Positions 18,021 to 27,471 of a stretch of 64,000 bases of DNA are shown in pieces (the first letter of the stretch is position 1; every line of letters begins with the position of its first letter). Below the pieces are notes generated by a model. That model had not been told where the DNA came from and made no database searches. It saw only the letters and a list, made by a program, of their open reading frames with translations. A program made the translations under genes and the position numbers. This DNA is from Demequina sp. (GTDB taxonomy: Bacteria; Actinomycetota; Actinomycetes; Actinomycetales; Demequinaceae), in assembly GCF_047975725.1 (NCBI RefSeq), contig NZ_JBKEED010000036.1:62790-126789 (forward strand), in the 5' to 3' direction.

Positions 18021-20954
18021 GTGACACCCCCATCCCTCCACCGACGGCGGCTGGGAGCCGTCACTGCGGCGACCACCGCATCGGCCCTAGCCCTGGGCGT
18101 GGGCTTCGCGAGCGTCGGCGTGGCCGACGCCGCCCCCTCCTTCACGGACGTCACCGTCCACGATCCCTCAGTCGTGACCTCCGGTGATGACATCTGGGTC
18201 TTCGGATCTCATGGCGCGTCGGCGCACACCACCGACCTCATGAACTGGACTCAGCACACCGTTGACCTGAGCCAGAACAGCGACAACGCGCTGTTCGAGG
18301 ACATCTACACCGAGCTCGCGGAAACGTTCGAGTGGGCCCAAACCGACACCCTGTGGGCGAGCGACGTCATCGAGCTCGCCAACGGCACCTTCGTCATGTA
18401 CTACAACGCCTGCAAGGGAGACTCGCCGCGGTCCGCGCTGGGGATTGCCACCTCGGACTCGGTCGACGGGCCGTATGAGAACCAGGGAATCCTGCTCAAG
18501 TCCGGCATGTGGGATGAAGAGTCGGAGAACGAAGGCGAGATCTACGACGCGCTGATCCACCCCAACGCCGTCGACCCCGACGCCTTCTTTGACGCCGACG
18601 GCAACCTGTGGATGGTCTACGGCTCCTACTCTGGCGGCATCTTCATCCTCGAGATGGATGAAGCCACCGGCCTGCCGCTGCCCGACCAGGGCTACGGCAC
18701 CCACCTGCTGGGCGGCAACCACTCCCGCATCGAGGCGCCGTCGATCCGCTACGACGAGACCACCGGCTACTACTACATGTTCGTCTCGTACGGCGGCCTC
18801 GACGCCGTGGGCGGCTACGAGGTGCGCGTCTCCCGCTCCACCACCCCCGACGGCCCGTACCTCGACGCCGAGGGCACCGACATGTCCACGATCATGGCGA
18901 ACCCGGCGCTGCCCCTGTTCGATGACGCGACCATCGCGCCGTCGGGCGTGCAGTTGCTCGACGGCCACCTGTGGGAGCGCGAACTGGGCGATCCGGGTGA
19001 GGGCGTGGGCATCGGCTACGTCTCCCCCGGCCACAACACCTGGTACGACGACCCGGAGACCGGCGAGTCCTTCCTCATCTTCCACTCGCGTTTTCCCAGC
19101 ACGGGTGAGATGCACGAGGTCCGCGTCCAGCAGATGTACATGAACGCCGACGGCTGGCCCGTCCTGGCACCGTTCCGCTACGCGGGCGAGTCCGCCGCGC
19201 CCGTCAGCGCCGGCGACATCGCCGGGGCCTGGCAGGTCATCGTCACGGACAAGGACATCGACGCCGACGCCGCGACCCCCGTGGACGTCACGTTGACGGC
19301 CGATGGACAGGTCACCGGCGCGCTGACCGGCACCTGGTCGCTCGCCGACGGCCGGGACGTCACCCTGTCCACCCAGGCAGGCACGTTCACCGGACTTGCC
19401 GTTCCTGCGTGGGATGAGGACCGCCAGCAGTTCGAGACCACCCTCACGGCCGTGTCCGGGCAGGGCATCTCTCTGTGGGCGCGTCCCGCCGTGTCCCTGT
19501 CCGGAGCCGATGCGGTGGCCGCCGTGGTCGCCGACCTCGACCTGGGCGACACCACGGCAGTGGTGGCGAACCTGACTCTGCCGACTAGCGGCACGGGCGG
19601 CACCACGATCGAGTGGACGTCGTCGGACCCGTCGCACGTGGCGACGGACGGCAAGGTGACCCGCCCGGGTGCGGGTGAAGCCGACGCGCCCGTGGTGCTC
19701 ACTGCGACCATCAGCAACGGCGCCGCGCAGACGATTGTCACGTTCGATGTGAACGTTAAGGCGCGGCCCGAAGCCAAGGCGGTCGGCATCTGGTCGTTCG
19801 AGGACACCCTCGCTGACAACGCGGGCGCACTCGCCATGCCCACGGTGACAGGAGTGACACTCGGGGCACCGGGAGCACCGGATTCGGTCAGCTATGTCGA
19901 GGACGGAGTGGTCGGTTCCGCGCTCCACCTCGACGGCACCCGCGGCGTACTGCTGCCCTCGGGAGTGCTCCAGGGCGACACCTACAGCCTGTCACTGTGG
20001 CTTCGCCCCGACGTTTTCACCGACCACACTCCCGCCCTGTTCGCGGCGAGCTCCGACACGTCGTGGCTGTCCGTCGTTCCGAAGGGCTGGAACGGTCAGT
20101 TGCTGCTGTGGTCCAACAACAACGGCGCTTGGTACGACGGTGTCACGAACTACACGACGCCCCTCGGCGAGTGGACTCACGTCGCGCTGTCAGTCGACAA
20201 CGGCACTGCGACGCTCTACGTCAACGGCGAGAACGTGGGAGCCCGCACCGACATCAACAACGTGCTCACGAGCCCCACGGCGACGTTCGCACTCGGTGTG
20301 AACTTCTGGGACAAGGCCTACCAGGGCGACATCGACGAGCTCGGCATGTGGACCTCGGCGCTTTCGCCCGAGCAGGTCGCCGCGCTCGCTGACCCCACCG
20401 CGGTCGAACCCACCCCGACCCCGGAGCCGACGCCGGACCCGGAGCCGACGCCGGACCCGGAGCCCACGCCGGACCCGGAGCCGACGGTGGAGCCGGAGCC
20501 GACGGAAGACCCGACTCCCGAGCCGAGCGCGGAACCGTCCGAGGTGTCCATCGAGGTGGGCGCGACGTCGGTCAAGCCCGGCGACACGCTCGCGGTCTCC
20601 GTCTCCGGGCTCACGACCAACGCGATCGAGATCGGCATCGCGTCGACCTACCAGGTGCTCGCCCGTCCAGCAGTCGTCGACGGATCCGCGCAGGCGACCG
20701 TCACGATTCCGGCCGATCTCGCCCCGGGCACGCACCACATCCAGGTGCGCAACGCCGACTCGGAGATCCTCGCGCAAGCGGCGATCACCGTGACGGCGTT
20801 GGACTCGGCGGTGGACGGTGACGACACGGCAGGCGGAGACGCTGACGACGAGTTGGCGACCACGGGGCCCCAGGTGTTTGGCCTCGCACTCGCCGCCGCT
20901 GCCCTCTTCGCCTTCGGCCTCGCCTTGGCGGCAGTCCGACGCTCTCGCGTGTAG
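18021..20954 (+). CDS. Cell-wall-anchored multidomain GH43 endo-arabinanase (GH43, Ig-like, LamG-like, Pro/Thr/Glu linker, LAXTG anchor)
   Basis: Signal peptide; GH43 motifs as in 11964-13421; WTHVA and LYVNG LamG-like motifs; PEPTPD repeats; LATTG plus hydrophobic segment plus RRSRV. Confidence 0.9.
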   Translation: MTPPSLHRRRLGAVTAATTASALALGVGFASVGVADAAPSFTDVTVHDPSVVTSGDDIWVFGSHGASAHTTDLMNWTQHTVDLSQNSDNALFEDIYTELAETFEWAQTDTLWASDVIELANGTFVMYYNACKGDSPRSALGIATSDSVDGPYENQGILLKSGMWDEESENEGEIYDALIHPNAVDPDAFFDADGNLWMVYGSYSGGIFILEMDEATGLPLPDQGYGTHLLGGNHSRIEAPSIRYDETTGYYYMFVSYGGLDAVGGYEVRVSRSTTPDGPYLDAEGTDMSTIMANPALPLFDDATIAPSGVQLLDGHLWERELGDPGEGVGIGYVSPGHNTWYDDPETGESFLIFHSRFPSTGEMHEVRVQQMYMNADGWPVLAPFRYAGESAAPVSAGDIAGAWQVIVTDKDIDADAATPVDVTLTADGQVTGALTGTWSLADGRDVTLSTQAGTFTGLAVPAWDEDRQQFETTLTAVSGQGISLWARPAVSLSGADAVAAVVADLDLGDTTAVVANLTLPTSGTGGTTIEWTSSDPSHVATDGKVTRPGAGEADAPVVLTATISNGAAQTIVTFDVNVKARPEAKAVGIWSFEDTLADNAGALAMPTVTGVTLGAPGAPDSVSYVEDGVVGSALHLDGTRGVLLPSGVLQGDTYSLSLWLRPDVFTDHTPALFAASSDTSWLSVVPKGWNGQLLLWSNNNGAWYDGVTNYTTPLGEWTHVALSVDNGTATLYVNGENVGARTDINNVLTSPTATFALGVNFWDKAYQGDIDELGMWTSALSPEQVAALADPTAVEPTPTPEPTPDPEPTPDPEPTPDPEPTVEPEPTEDPTPEPSAEPSEVSIEVGATSVKPGDTLAVSVSGLTTNAIEIGIASTYQVLARPAVVDGSAQATVTIPADLAPGTHHIQVRNADSEILAQAAITVTALDSAVDGDDTAGGDADDELATTGPQVFGLALAAAALFAFGLALAAVRRSRV
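20408..20525 (+). repeat. 18-bp coding tandem repeat (PEPTPD linker)
   Basis: CCGGAGCCGACGCCGGAC units with degenerate flanks. Confidence 0.8.
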
Positions 20955-20978
20955 CAACACCAGCAGGTCGCTGCGGCC

Positions 20979-21111
20979 CCGGGGGGCCTACTCCTCTGGG
21001 GCCGCGGGCGACTGCGCCGGGGCTGGACGCGCCTCGTGTGCGGCGCGTACGAGAGCCGCCACCGCATCGGCACTCATGCCCAGCGAGTGCGAGCGAGCGG
21101 CGAGTGCCTGC
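20979..21111 (-). pseudogene. Orphan duplicate of the 3' end of the GntR gene
   Basis: 133 bp aligning without gaps to 21333-21465, 14 mismatches by hand count; no HTH part. Confidence 0.85.
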
Positions 21112-21174
21112 ATGCCTACTCGCCGCTTGGTCCCCGCTGCCCTGCTGAATCTCGCCACTGCCAAAGGCGACTTC

Positions 21175-21333
21175 GCGGACGTGAGCGCCTCGCAGGATGC
21201 GCGCAGCCTGCGAAAACCGGCCACCACGTCCTCGTAGGACGCTCAGAAACCACCCGCGAATCTGAGCGCCCCAGCAGGACACCCTGGTCGGTTTCGCACG
21301 CTCCCGCGCATCCTGGCAGGCACTCACGCCCGC
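21175..21333 (+). repeat. 159-bp long-hairpin repeat, copy 3
   Basis: GCGGACGTGAGCGCC...GGCACTCACGCCCGC. Confidence 0.92.
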
Positions 21334-21341
21334 CGGGGGAC

Positions 21342-21734
21342 CTACTCCGCTGGTGCCGTAGGCGACTGAGCCTCGGCTGGACGCGCCTCGTGGGCGGCGC
21401 GTACGAGGGCCGCCACCGCATCGGCGCTAATGCCCAGCGAGTGCGCGCGAGCGGCGAGGGCCTGCGCATCGGCCGTCAGTTCCACCAGCGCGGAGGCGTG
21501 CGAGGAGATCACGGCGCCGCGACCGCGGCGCATCTCCACGAGCCCCTCGTCACGAAGCACCTGGTAGGCCTTCAGGACCGTGTGAAGGTTGACGTCGAGG
21601 GACTGCGCGACGTCGCGCGCCGCGGGAAGTCGGTCCCCCGCCGCGAGCGTGCCGTCTGCCGCCTGAGCACGGACCGCCGCGGCAATCTGGTCGTACAGCG
21701 GCGCCGACGAACTCGGATCAATCCTGAGTAGCAC
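21342..21734 (-). CDS. GntR-family regulator, YtrA subfamily
   Basis: PLYDQI, GDRLPAAR, VNLHTVLKAY, RRGRG; very short C-terminal domain. Confidence 0.92.
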   Translation of the reverse strand: MLLRIDPSSSAPLYDQIAAAVRAQAADGTLAAGDRLPAARDVAQSLDVNLHTVLKAYQVLRDEGLVEMRRGRGAVISSHASALVELTADAQALAARAHSLGISADAVAALVRAAHEARPAEAQSPTAPAE

Positions 21735-22713
21735 GCTGACCCCCTGCGACGGCGGCGAGCAGCGCGGCCCCGGTGGACGCGTCGTCGACCGTGACCACGA
21801 ATTTGCGCCCGGAGGCGCGCGTAATCTCTATCGCCTCGCCGTCACGCAGCACCACCGCCGTCGCGCGTGGAACCAAGCGCACGCCGTAGCCGCCAAACTG
21901 GCCAAGCCCGTCGGCCTCGATCACCCTGACGCTGGCGATGTCCTCGGCAGGCACGCGCAGGCGCGCGATCCCTACGCGCGAGCTGACGGTGAGGCCCGTG
22001 GCGTCCGCACGCACCACGAACGAGCCCAAGGCCACCAGCAACAGACCAATCAAGGCGGCTACACCAGCAAGAATCCACGCGATCGCAGGCTCCGACAGCA
22101 CAGCGACCACCACAGCACCGAGCGCGAGCGTCAGCGTGGACGCCGCCAGCATGGTGCGCGGCCAGCCCTCCAAGGTGGCCGTCCTGGCCCACATGGCGCG
22201 CTCACCGTCGTGGAGGTCGAGCGCCTCGCTGGCGGCGGGCTCCGCCATGGTGGGCACCTTGGGCTGCACCAGCCAGGCCACGAAGCCGACCAGGAGGCCT
22301 GCGCCGAGCGCGGCGTAGATCCACGGGTCAAGGTCGGCTGCGTCCGCGGCATCCTCGAGCCCGCGCTGCATGAGGAGTGATCCCGTCAGCAAGGTGCCCA
22401 GAAACACCGACAGGCCTGCGGCGGTCCCGATCAGGAGCGCGGGCGTCGAGCCTCCCCGACCTCGCCGGACGGTGCGCAGTGCGGCGCCCCCCAGCACCAT
22501 CGATATCAGGCCCGTCGTCAGGGCGGTCATCACGGGGACCAGCAACGCGGGCGAGAATCCGTCAGGCCCGTGTGGGCCCCAGTGGGTCGCCACAGTGTCG
22601 GGTAGGTCTCCGAGGATGGCCAGCTGGACCGCCAGCGCGGTCGCGGTGGCGATCGCGGGCACCCAGAGTCCCGCGACCGATGCGCGGCGGATGGCGGTGG
22701 AATTGTCGAGCAT
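21718..22713 (-). CDS. DUF1648/SdpI-like membrane protein
   Basis: LPDTVATHWG..GPDGF motif, several TM segments, FGGYGVR; ATG at 22713. Confidence 0.82.
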   Translation of the reverse strand: MLDNSTAIRRASVAGLWVPAIATATALAVQLAILGDLPDTVATHWGPHGPDGFSPALLVPVMTALTTGLISMVLGGAALRTVRRGRGGSTPALLIGTAAGLSVFLGTLLTGSLLMQRGLEDAADAADLDPWIYAALGAGLLVGFVAWLVQPKVPTMAEPAASEALDLHDGERAMWARTATLEGWPRTMLAASTLTLALGAVVVAVLSEPAIAWILAGVAALIGLLLVALGSFVVRADATGLTVSSRVGIARLRVPAEDIASVRVIEADGLGQFGGYGVRLVPRATAVVLRDGEAIEITRASGRKFVVTVDDASTGAALLAAVAGGQRATQD

Positions 22714-22729
22714 GGTGGACCCCTCGAAA

Positions 22730-22754
22730 GTTGTTATAGATACACTATAACAAC
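22730..22754. promoter_or_regulatory. AT-rich inverted repeat, candidate YtrA-type GntR operator
   Basis: GTTGTTATAG-ATACA-CTATAACAAC, perfect 10-bp arms, 16 bp upstream of the ATG. Confidence 0.75.
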
Positions 22755-22783
22755 CATGGCGGCGTGAAGGAAGTGCTCGCGCA

Positions 22784-22996
22784 TCAATCCGCGAACGGCA
22801 CTCCCCTGCGCTCGCACTCCTCCGCGAGGATCCGGATCGCGCGCGGACCGACGCCGTGCAGCGCGAGCAGCCGCGCCTTGCCGAGCGCCGCGACATCCTC
22901 GAGCGTGTCGACGCCCAGGACCAGCAGGGCACTGTTCGCGGGTCTTCCTATGGGCGGAAGGTCGCCGATCTGGGCCGGCGTGTCTCGGGTGCTCAC
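22784..22996 (-). CDS. Small helix-hairpin-helix putative DNA-binding protein
   Basis: IGRPANSAL...LLALHGVGPRAIRIL; GTG start just after a TAGCGT -10-like hexamer. Confidence 0.75.
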   Translation of the reverse strand: MSTRDTPAQIGDLPPIGRPANSALLVLGVDTLEDVAALGKARLLALHGVGPRAIRILAEECERRGVPFAD

Positions 22997-23045
22997 GCGT
23001 TCCACGCTAGCGCGGACCCCCGGCCCCCTGCCCCCCCCTGCCCCA

Positions 23046-23204
23046 GCGGACCTCAGTGCCTCGCAGGATGCACGCGACCACTGAAAACCGACCACCACGT
23101 CCTTGCAGGGCGCCAAGAATCCTGGCGTGCATCTGAGCGCCGCAGCAGGACACCATGGTCGGTTTCACGCCCTCACGCGCACCCTGGAAGGCAATCGCGT
23201 CCGC
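23046..23204 (+). repeat. 159-bp long-hairpin repeat, copy 4 (most degenerate)
   Basis: GCGGACCTCAGTGCC...GGCAATCGCGTCCGC. Confidence 0.9.
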
Positions 23205-23238
23205 GCGGAGACGAGATCGGCAATGCGCCCGGAAAGGC

Positions 23239-23266
23239 GAAAAGCCGCCCCGAAGGGCGGCTCTTC
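23239..23266 (-). terminator. Rho-independent terminator of the tRNA gene
   Basis: Minus strand AGCCGCCC-TTCG-GGGCGGCT-TTT. Confidence 0.8.
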
Positions 23267-23289
23267 TACGATGCTGTCTCAACACATCG

Positions 23290-23362
23290 TGGAGCTGAGG
23301 GGACTCGAACCCCTGACCCCCTGCATGCCATGCAGGTGCGCTACCAGCTGCGCCACAGCCCC
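23290..23362 (-). tRNA. tRNA-Ala, anticodon GGC (3' CCA not encoded)
   Basis: GGGGCTG acceptor stem, CCTGC-AT-GGC-AT-GCAGG anticodon arm, GGTTCGAGTCC T arm. Confidence 0.97.
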
Positions 23363-23426
23363 AAGATCTTGCGATCCGGTGCCCCGAAGAGCGAGTGACA
23401 GCATAGCCCAGTTTTTCGCAGAGGTG

Positions 23427-24023
23427 TTAATCCGCCCCCAGCCCGAACGCCTCGACATGCCACGCGCCCGATTCGGCCAGGCGCAGCTCGTGCCATCCGG
23501 CGTGCGGGAGCGACCCGAAGGTCTTTGCGAGCGGATCGAGGCCCAGCAGGTCGAGCACCCCCAGGCTGATCGCGCTGCCATGGCTCACCGCGACCGTCAC
23601 ACCTTCCGCAGCCCCGTGGCGCCGCAACGCCGCCCCGACACGCGCCGACACCTCTGCCGACATCCCCCACCCGGGAATGTCAGGGTCGAGCCCCTCCGTG
23701 CGGCGCGCAAACTCCTCTGGCCAGCGCGCTTGCACGTCGGCCCACGTCAGGCCCTCCCACACGCCGTAAGGCCGTTGGGTGAGCGCTGGCTCGACCATGA
23801 CATCGGCGCCGATGTGCGCGGCAAGTTCGTCGGCCGTGTCCAGCGCCCGTGCCAGCGGCGACGAGACGATCGTGAGGTCACGACCGTGCCGCCTCACGAT
23901 CGCGTGCGCCGCGCGCACGGCCTGCTCGCGGCCCCCACTCCCGAGAGGCACATCGAGGGAGCCCTGGAGCCTGCCGTCCGCGTTGTAGTCAGTGTGGGCG
24001 TGACGCCACAGGACAAGCGTCAT
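23427..24023 (-). CDS. Histidine phosphatase family protein
   Basis: LWRHAHTDYN...RLQG, SSPLARA, YGVWEG, VSHG. Confidence 0.88.
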   Translation of the reverse strand: MTLVLWRHAHTDYNADGRLQGSLDVPLGSGGREQAVRAAHAIVRRHGRDLTIVSSPLARALDTADELAAHIGADVMVEPALTQRPYGVWEGLTWADVQARWPEEFARRTEGLDPDIPGWGMSAEVSARVGAALRRHGAAEGVTVAVSHGSAISLGVLDLLGLDPLAKTFGSLPHAGWHELRLAESGAWHVEAFGLGAD

Positions 24024-24637
24024 GCGGCGGCCCTCATGGTCTGAGGATTCACGTTGTGGCGTTCGAGCGTCCAGTCGCCTCGCGCGCGCCGCGCGAGCCG
24101 CGACCACGCGGCGTTGCCCAGGTTGGCCAGCGTGCGGTGCTGGAGCGACAGCCCGAGCAGTCCCTGCATCCCTACCCGCGAGGAGCTGCCGTGAGAAACC
24201 ACGATGAGCGGGCCTTCGACGCGGTCGGCCCAGTCCTCGATGGCACCGACCATGCGGGCACGCACGCTGTCGTGGTGCTCGAATCCCTCGACGTCAGGGT
24301 TGCCTCCTGCGCGCCAGAGACGCACCTCGTCTGGCCAGCCGGCGAGGCGAGCCTCGGGGGTAATCCCCTCCCACTCGCCGTACGAGCGTTCGCGCAGACG
24401 ATCGTCTTCGAGCGCGTCGACCCCCAACTCGGTGGCGATGGCCTGGGCGGTGTGCAGTGCCCGCGACAGCGGCGAGGCCACGACAGTCGCACCCGGACCC
24501 ACGATGCGCCCGAACACCGCCGCTGTCGCAACCGCCTGCGCATGACCGAGCGCCGTCAGCGGCACCTCGGACGACCCCTGCAACAGCCCCGTGACGTTCC
24601 ATGCAGTCTGACCGTGACGGACCACGTAGACGCGCAT
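24020..24637 (-). CDS. Histidine phosphatase family protein
   Basis: VRHGQTAWN, ASPLSRA, ERSYGEWEG, VSHG. Confidence 0.92.
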   Translation of the reverse strand: MRVYVVRHGQTAWNVTGLLQGSSEVPLTALGHAQAVATAAVFGRIVGPGATVVASPLSRALHTAQAIATELGVDALEDDRLRERSYGEWEGITPEARLAGWPDEVRLWRAGGNPDVEGFEHHDSVRARMVGAIEDWADRVEGPLIVVSHGSSSRVGMQGLLGLSLQHRTLANLGNAAWSRLARRARGDWTLERHNVNPQTMRAAA

Positions 24638-24647
24638 GGAGGACCTC

Positions 24648-25001
24648 CTAGTCGAGGGTGACGACGGGACAATCCTTCCACAGGCGCTCGAGCTCGTAGT
24701 AGGCCCGATCCTCCTGGTGCATCACGTGCACAATCACGTCGTTGAAGTCGAGCAACGCCCAGCGCCCTTCGCGCACGCCCTCGCGACGCAACGCCTTCGC
24801 ACCCTGCTCATGCAGTGCTTCCTCGACCGCCTCGGCGATCGCGACAACCTGGCGTTCGTTGCTGCCTGACAGCACCAAGAACACGTCGGCCAGCGGCATG
24901 CGGGAACTCACGTCGAGCGCCACAGGCTCGGTGGCCTTCTTGTCGTCAGCAGCGCGGGCTGCCAGCCGCGTCAACTCAATTGCTCGTGTACTCGCGCTCA
25001 T
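24648..25001 (-). CDS. rsfS: Ribosome silencing factor
   Basis: DKKA, ERQVVAI, WALLDF, VHV, RAYYELERLW. Confidence 0.95.
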   Translation of the reverse strand: MSASTRAIELTRLAARAADDKKATEPVALDVSSRMPLADVFLVLSGSNERQVVAIAEAVEEALHEQGAKALRREGVREGRWALLDFNDVIVHVMHQEDRAYYELERLWKDCPVVTLD

Positions 25002-26881
25002 CAACCCTGCCAAACGTTGTAGACCACCACGCCAATGAGGAACGCGACAGCACCAAGAACCATGACGTGAACCCAGCGGAAGTGACGGCCTGCGCCGTCC
25101 TCCTCCAACTGCGGCTTCTCGCGCGGCGGCACCTCGATCTGGCCCGTGGGGACAGGCTCGACGTGCAGGGGCGAGAAGGTCTGCCGGCTCAGCGAACTGA
25201 GATCCGGGTGAGTGATGTCCTGCACCGCGGCGACCTCGGGCAGCTCGCGCGCCTCGTGATCGACCTGGTTCAGGGGAAGCGCGCTCCAGTCTGTGCCAGC
25301 GTCAGCGGTGGCCGTGGCACCGGCGACGGCGTCCACGGCAGGCTCCGACTCGGCGTGGATCATCTCGGGCTCCGCAATGGCGGTGCCCAGGATCGCGGCA
25401 AAGGACGGCTGGGAAGTGGTGGCGGCGGCCCGCTCGCGGAAGTCCGCGGCGTCAAGCTGAATGGGCCCAGTGAAGGCCTGCGGCTCGCTCGCCTGGCCGT
25501 GGCCCTCGTCCTGCGCGGCTTCGTCAACGATGCCGGGGACCGATGCGGGGCTCGGGCTCTCGCTCGGCACGGACGGCGCGCGCCACTGGTCCGTGTTCCA
25601 GGCCGATGCGCGTTCCACCGAGGGGACAGACTCGGGTTCCTGGAAAGAGGGCACCGAAGCTGCGCTGTGGGTCCACAGCGGCGCGGACTCGTCGGAAGCG
25701 ACGGACGCGTCCTGAGCGGAAGCGTCGCCAGGCTCAGGGGCGTCACCGCTGTCGGCGGGGGCGAGTTCGACGGTCGGCTCATCGTCCTGCACCTGCAGAC
25801 GGCCAGCGGCATCGATGCCCGCCACGGCCTCTTGGCTCAGGCGGCGAATTTCGTCAATGCCGTCGTCGTTGCTCGGCGCGGCCTCAGCGGCTTCTTGCTC
25901 GCTCTGGCTCTCCATGAGCCTGCGCTGCAGAGAGCCGGGCGGGAACAGCGCCGCGAACATCTCAGGCGACATGCCCGGCGGCATGCCAAGAGGAGCAGCC
26001 GCAGGCGCCGCGGCTGCGGCCGCTTCTGCCTCCGGGTCGACGTCATCGACCTGGTCGTTGTCGACCGCAACCTCGGGCTCGGGCGCAACCTCGGCCTCGG
26101 GCGCAACCTCGGCCTCGGGCGCGGGCTCAGGCTCAGGCTCAGCGACGACGACGGCCTCGTCGTCCTGCTGCGCAGTCGGTTCCTCCGCCACGGGGGTCTC
26201 GCCGGTCGCGCTGGGGCTTTCACGCGGCTCGAAGGCCACGGGCTGCCAGCCTTCCGCCGACGCCCATGGGGACACCGTTTCCGGTGCGGACTCGGGCTCC
26301 GGTGCGGCCTCGGGCGCAACATGGGCCGCGACCTCGGGCTCAACCTCGGGTGCCTCCTCTGGCCCCGCGACAGGTTCCACGTCGGCGGCCAGCTCGACCT
26401 CACCGTGCTCATCGTCGCCACCGTGCAGGTCCTCGGACGTGTCGTCCTCGACAACGGACTGGGCGGCGGCGGCCATGAGGGACGGCCGCTCGGGAGCCTC
26501 GGCTTGCTCGACCTCACGCGCCTGCTGCTCCATGAGCGTGAGCAGTTGCTCGCTCTCGGTGCGGGCCTCACGCTGCGCCTGCTCGGCCTTGTCTCGCGCA
26601 ATCCGCTCCTGCTCGGCGATCCGCTCGGGCGTCATGGCGGGGATCTGTCCGGTGGCGAGAAGCTCTTCCTCAGCCGTCCACGTCTCCATGGGGCGATCAG
26701 CACGCTCGAGGCGGCGACGCTCGCGGCGGCTCAGCGCACGACCTTCGGGGGTGTGCGTGGGGATCGACTCGGAGATGGGCCCCAGGTCGAGCGACGCCGT
26801 GTCCTCATTCAGGCGGGCGGCCTCGCGCTGAGCTTGTGCGCGGCGCTCTCGGCGCGAGAGCTGATGGCTCTCGTCAGTCAT
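25001..26881 (-). CDS. Acidic low-complexity protein with C-terminal TM helix
   Basis: SRRERR motifs, Glu/Ala/Pro-rich body, hydrophobic C-terminus; overlaps nadD stop and rsfS start. Confidence 0.75.
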   Translation of the reverse strand: MTDESHQLSRRERRAQAQREAARLNEDTASLDLGPISESIPTHTPEGRALSRRERRRLERADRPMETWTAEEELLATGQIPAMTPERIAEQERIARDKAEQAQREARTESEQLLTLMEQQAREVEQAEAPERPSLMAAAAQSVVEDDTSEDLHGGDDEHGEVELAADVEPVAGPEEAPEVEPEVAAHVAPEAAPEPESAPETVSPWASAEGWQPVAFEPRESPSATGETPVAEEPTAQQDDEAVVVAEPEPEPAPEAEVAPEAEVAPEPEVAVDNDQVDDVDPEAEAAAAAAPAAAPLGMPPGMSPEMFAALFPPGSLQRRLMESQSEQEAAEAAPSNDDGIDEIRRLSQEAVAGIDAAGRLQVQDDEPTVELAPADSGDAPEPGDASAQDASVASDESAPLWTHSAASVPSFQEPESVPSVERASAWNTDQWRAPSVPSESPSPASVPGIVDEAAQDEGHGQASEPQAFTGPIQLDAADFRERAAATTSQPSFAAILGTAIAEPEMIHAESEPAVDAVAGATATADAGTDWSALPLNQVDHEARELPEVAAVQDITHPDLSSLSRQTFSPLHVEPVPTGQIEVPPREKPQLEEDGAGRHFRWVHVMVLGAVAFLIGVVVYNVWQG

Positions 26882-27470
26882 CCCATCCTCCGGCATACAG
26901 ATCGTGTTGCGCGATGTACTCGGCCACGGCGCGCGGAACCAGATAACGCACGGGCGCACCTGATCTCACCCGTCGGCGAACATCGGTTGAGGATACCGCC
27001 ATGGCCGGAACTTCGACCAATGCGTGTGGGGTATCCAACTGAGACAACGAATGACCCGGCCTGGTCACTCCCACAAAACGTGCCAATTCCGGCAGACGCT
27101 CCGCGTCCTTCCACTCGGACAGCCGAGCCAGCGCATCGGCCCCCGTGATGAAGTACAGTTCCGCGCCGGGAAGTTGCTCCCTGAGATCAGTCAACGTGTC
27201 GACGGTGTACGTAATGCCGCCACGCTCCACGTCGACAGGCGTCACGGCGAGCCTGTCGTCACCGTCGACGGCAAGGCGGCACATCTCGAGGCGGTGCTCC
27301 GCTGGCGCCGAGTCGAATCCGTCCTTGAAGGGCTGGCGATACGTAGGTGCCAGGAGCACCTGATCCAAACCGAGCGCCGCGCAGACCTCCGAGGCCGCCG
27401 CGAGGTGGCCATGGTGGATCGGGTCGAACGTGCCCCCCAGCACGCCTACCCTGCTCAGCGTCGCGCTCAC
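26874..27470 (-). CDS. nadD: Nicotinate-nucleotide adenylyltransferase
   Basis: GGTFDPIHHGH, TYTVDTL, FITGADA, VSSTDVR. Confidence 0.96.
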   Translation of the reverse strand: MSATLSRVGVLGGTFDPIHHGHLAAASEVCAALGLDQVLLAPTYRQPFKDGFDSAPAEHRLEMCRLAVDGDDRLAVTPVDVERGGITYTVDTLTDLREQLPGAELYFITGADALARLSEWKDAERLPELARFVGVTRPGHSLSQLDTPHALVEVPAMAVSSTDVRRRVRSGAPVRYLVPRAVAEYIAQHDLYAGGWDD

Positions 27471-27471
27471 G

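Noticed and set aside
17641..18033. N-terminal extension of the dehydrogenase ORF, and similar ORFs through repeats (13966-14223, 20785-21327, 20988-21227, 22997-23116)
   Set aside because: They read through the non-coding repeat; better starts lie downstream, and their mutual peptide similarity only reflects the repeat
21112..21174. Third CCTACTC motif suggesting another gene-end fragment
   Set aside because: Only 7-8 bp match; cannot be distinguished from chance
24815..27148. 777-aa plus-strand ORF
   Set aside because: Antisense shadow of rsfS, the acidic protein and nadD; stop-poor frames are expected at this GC
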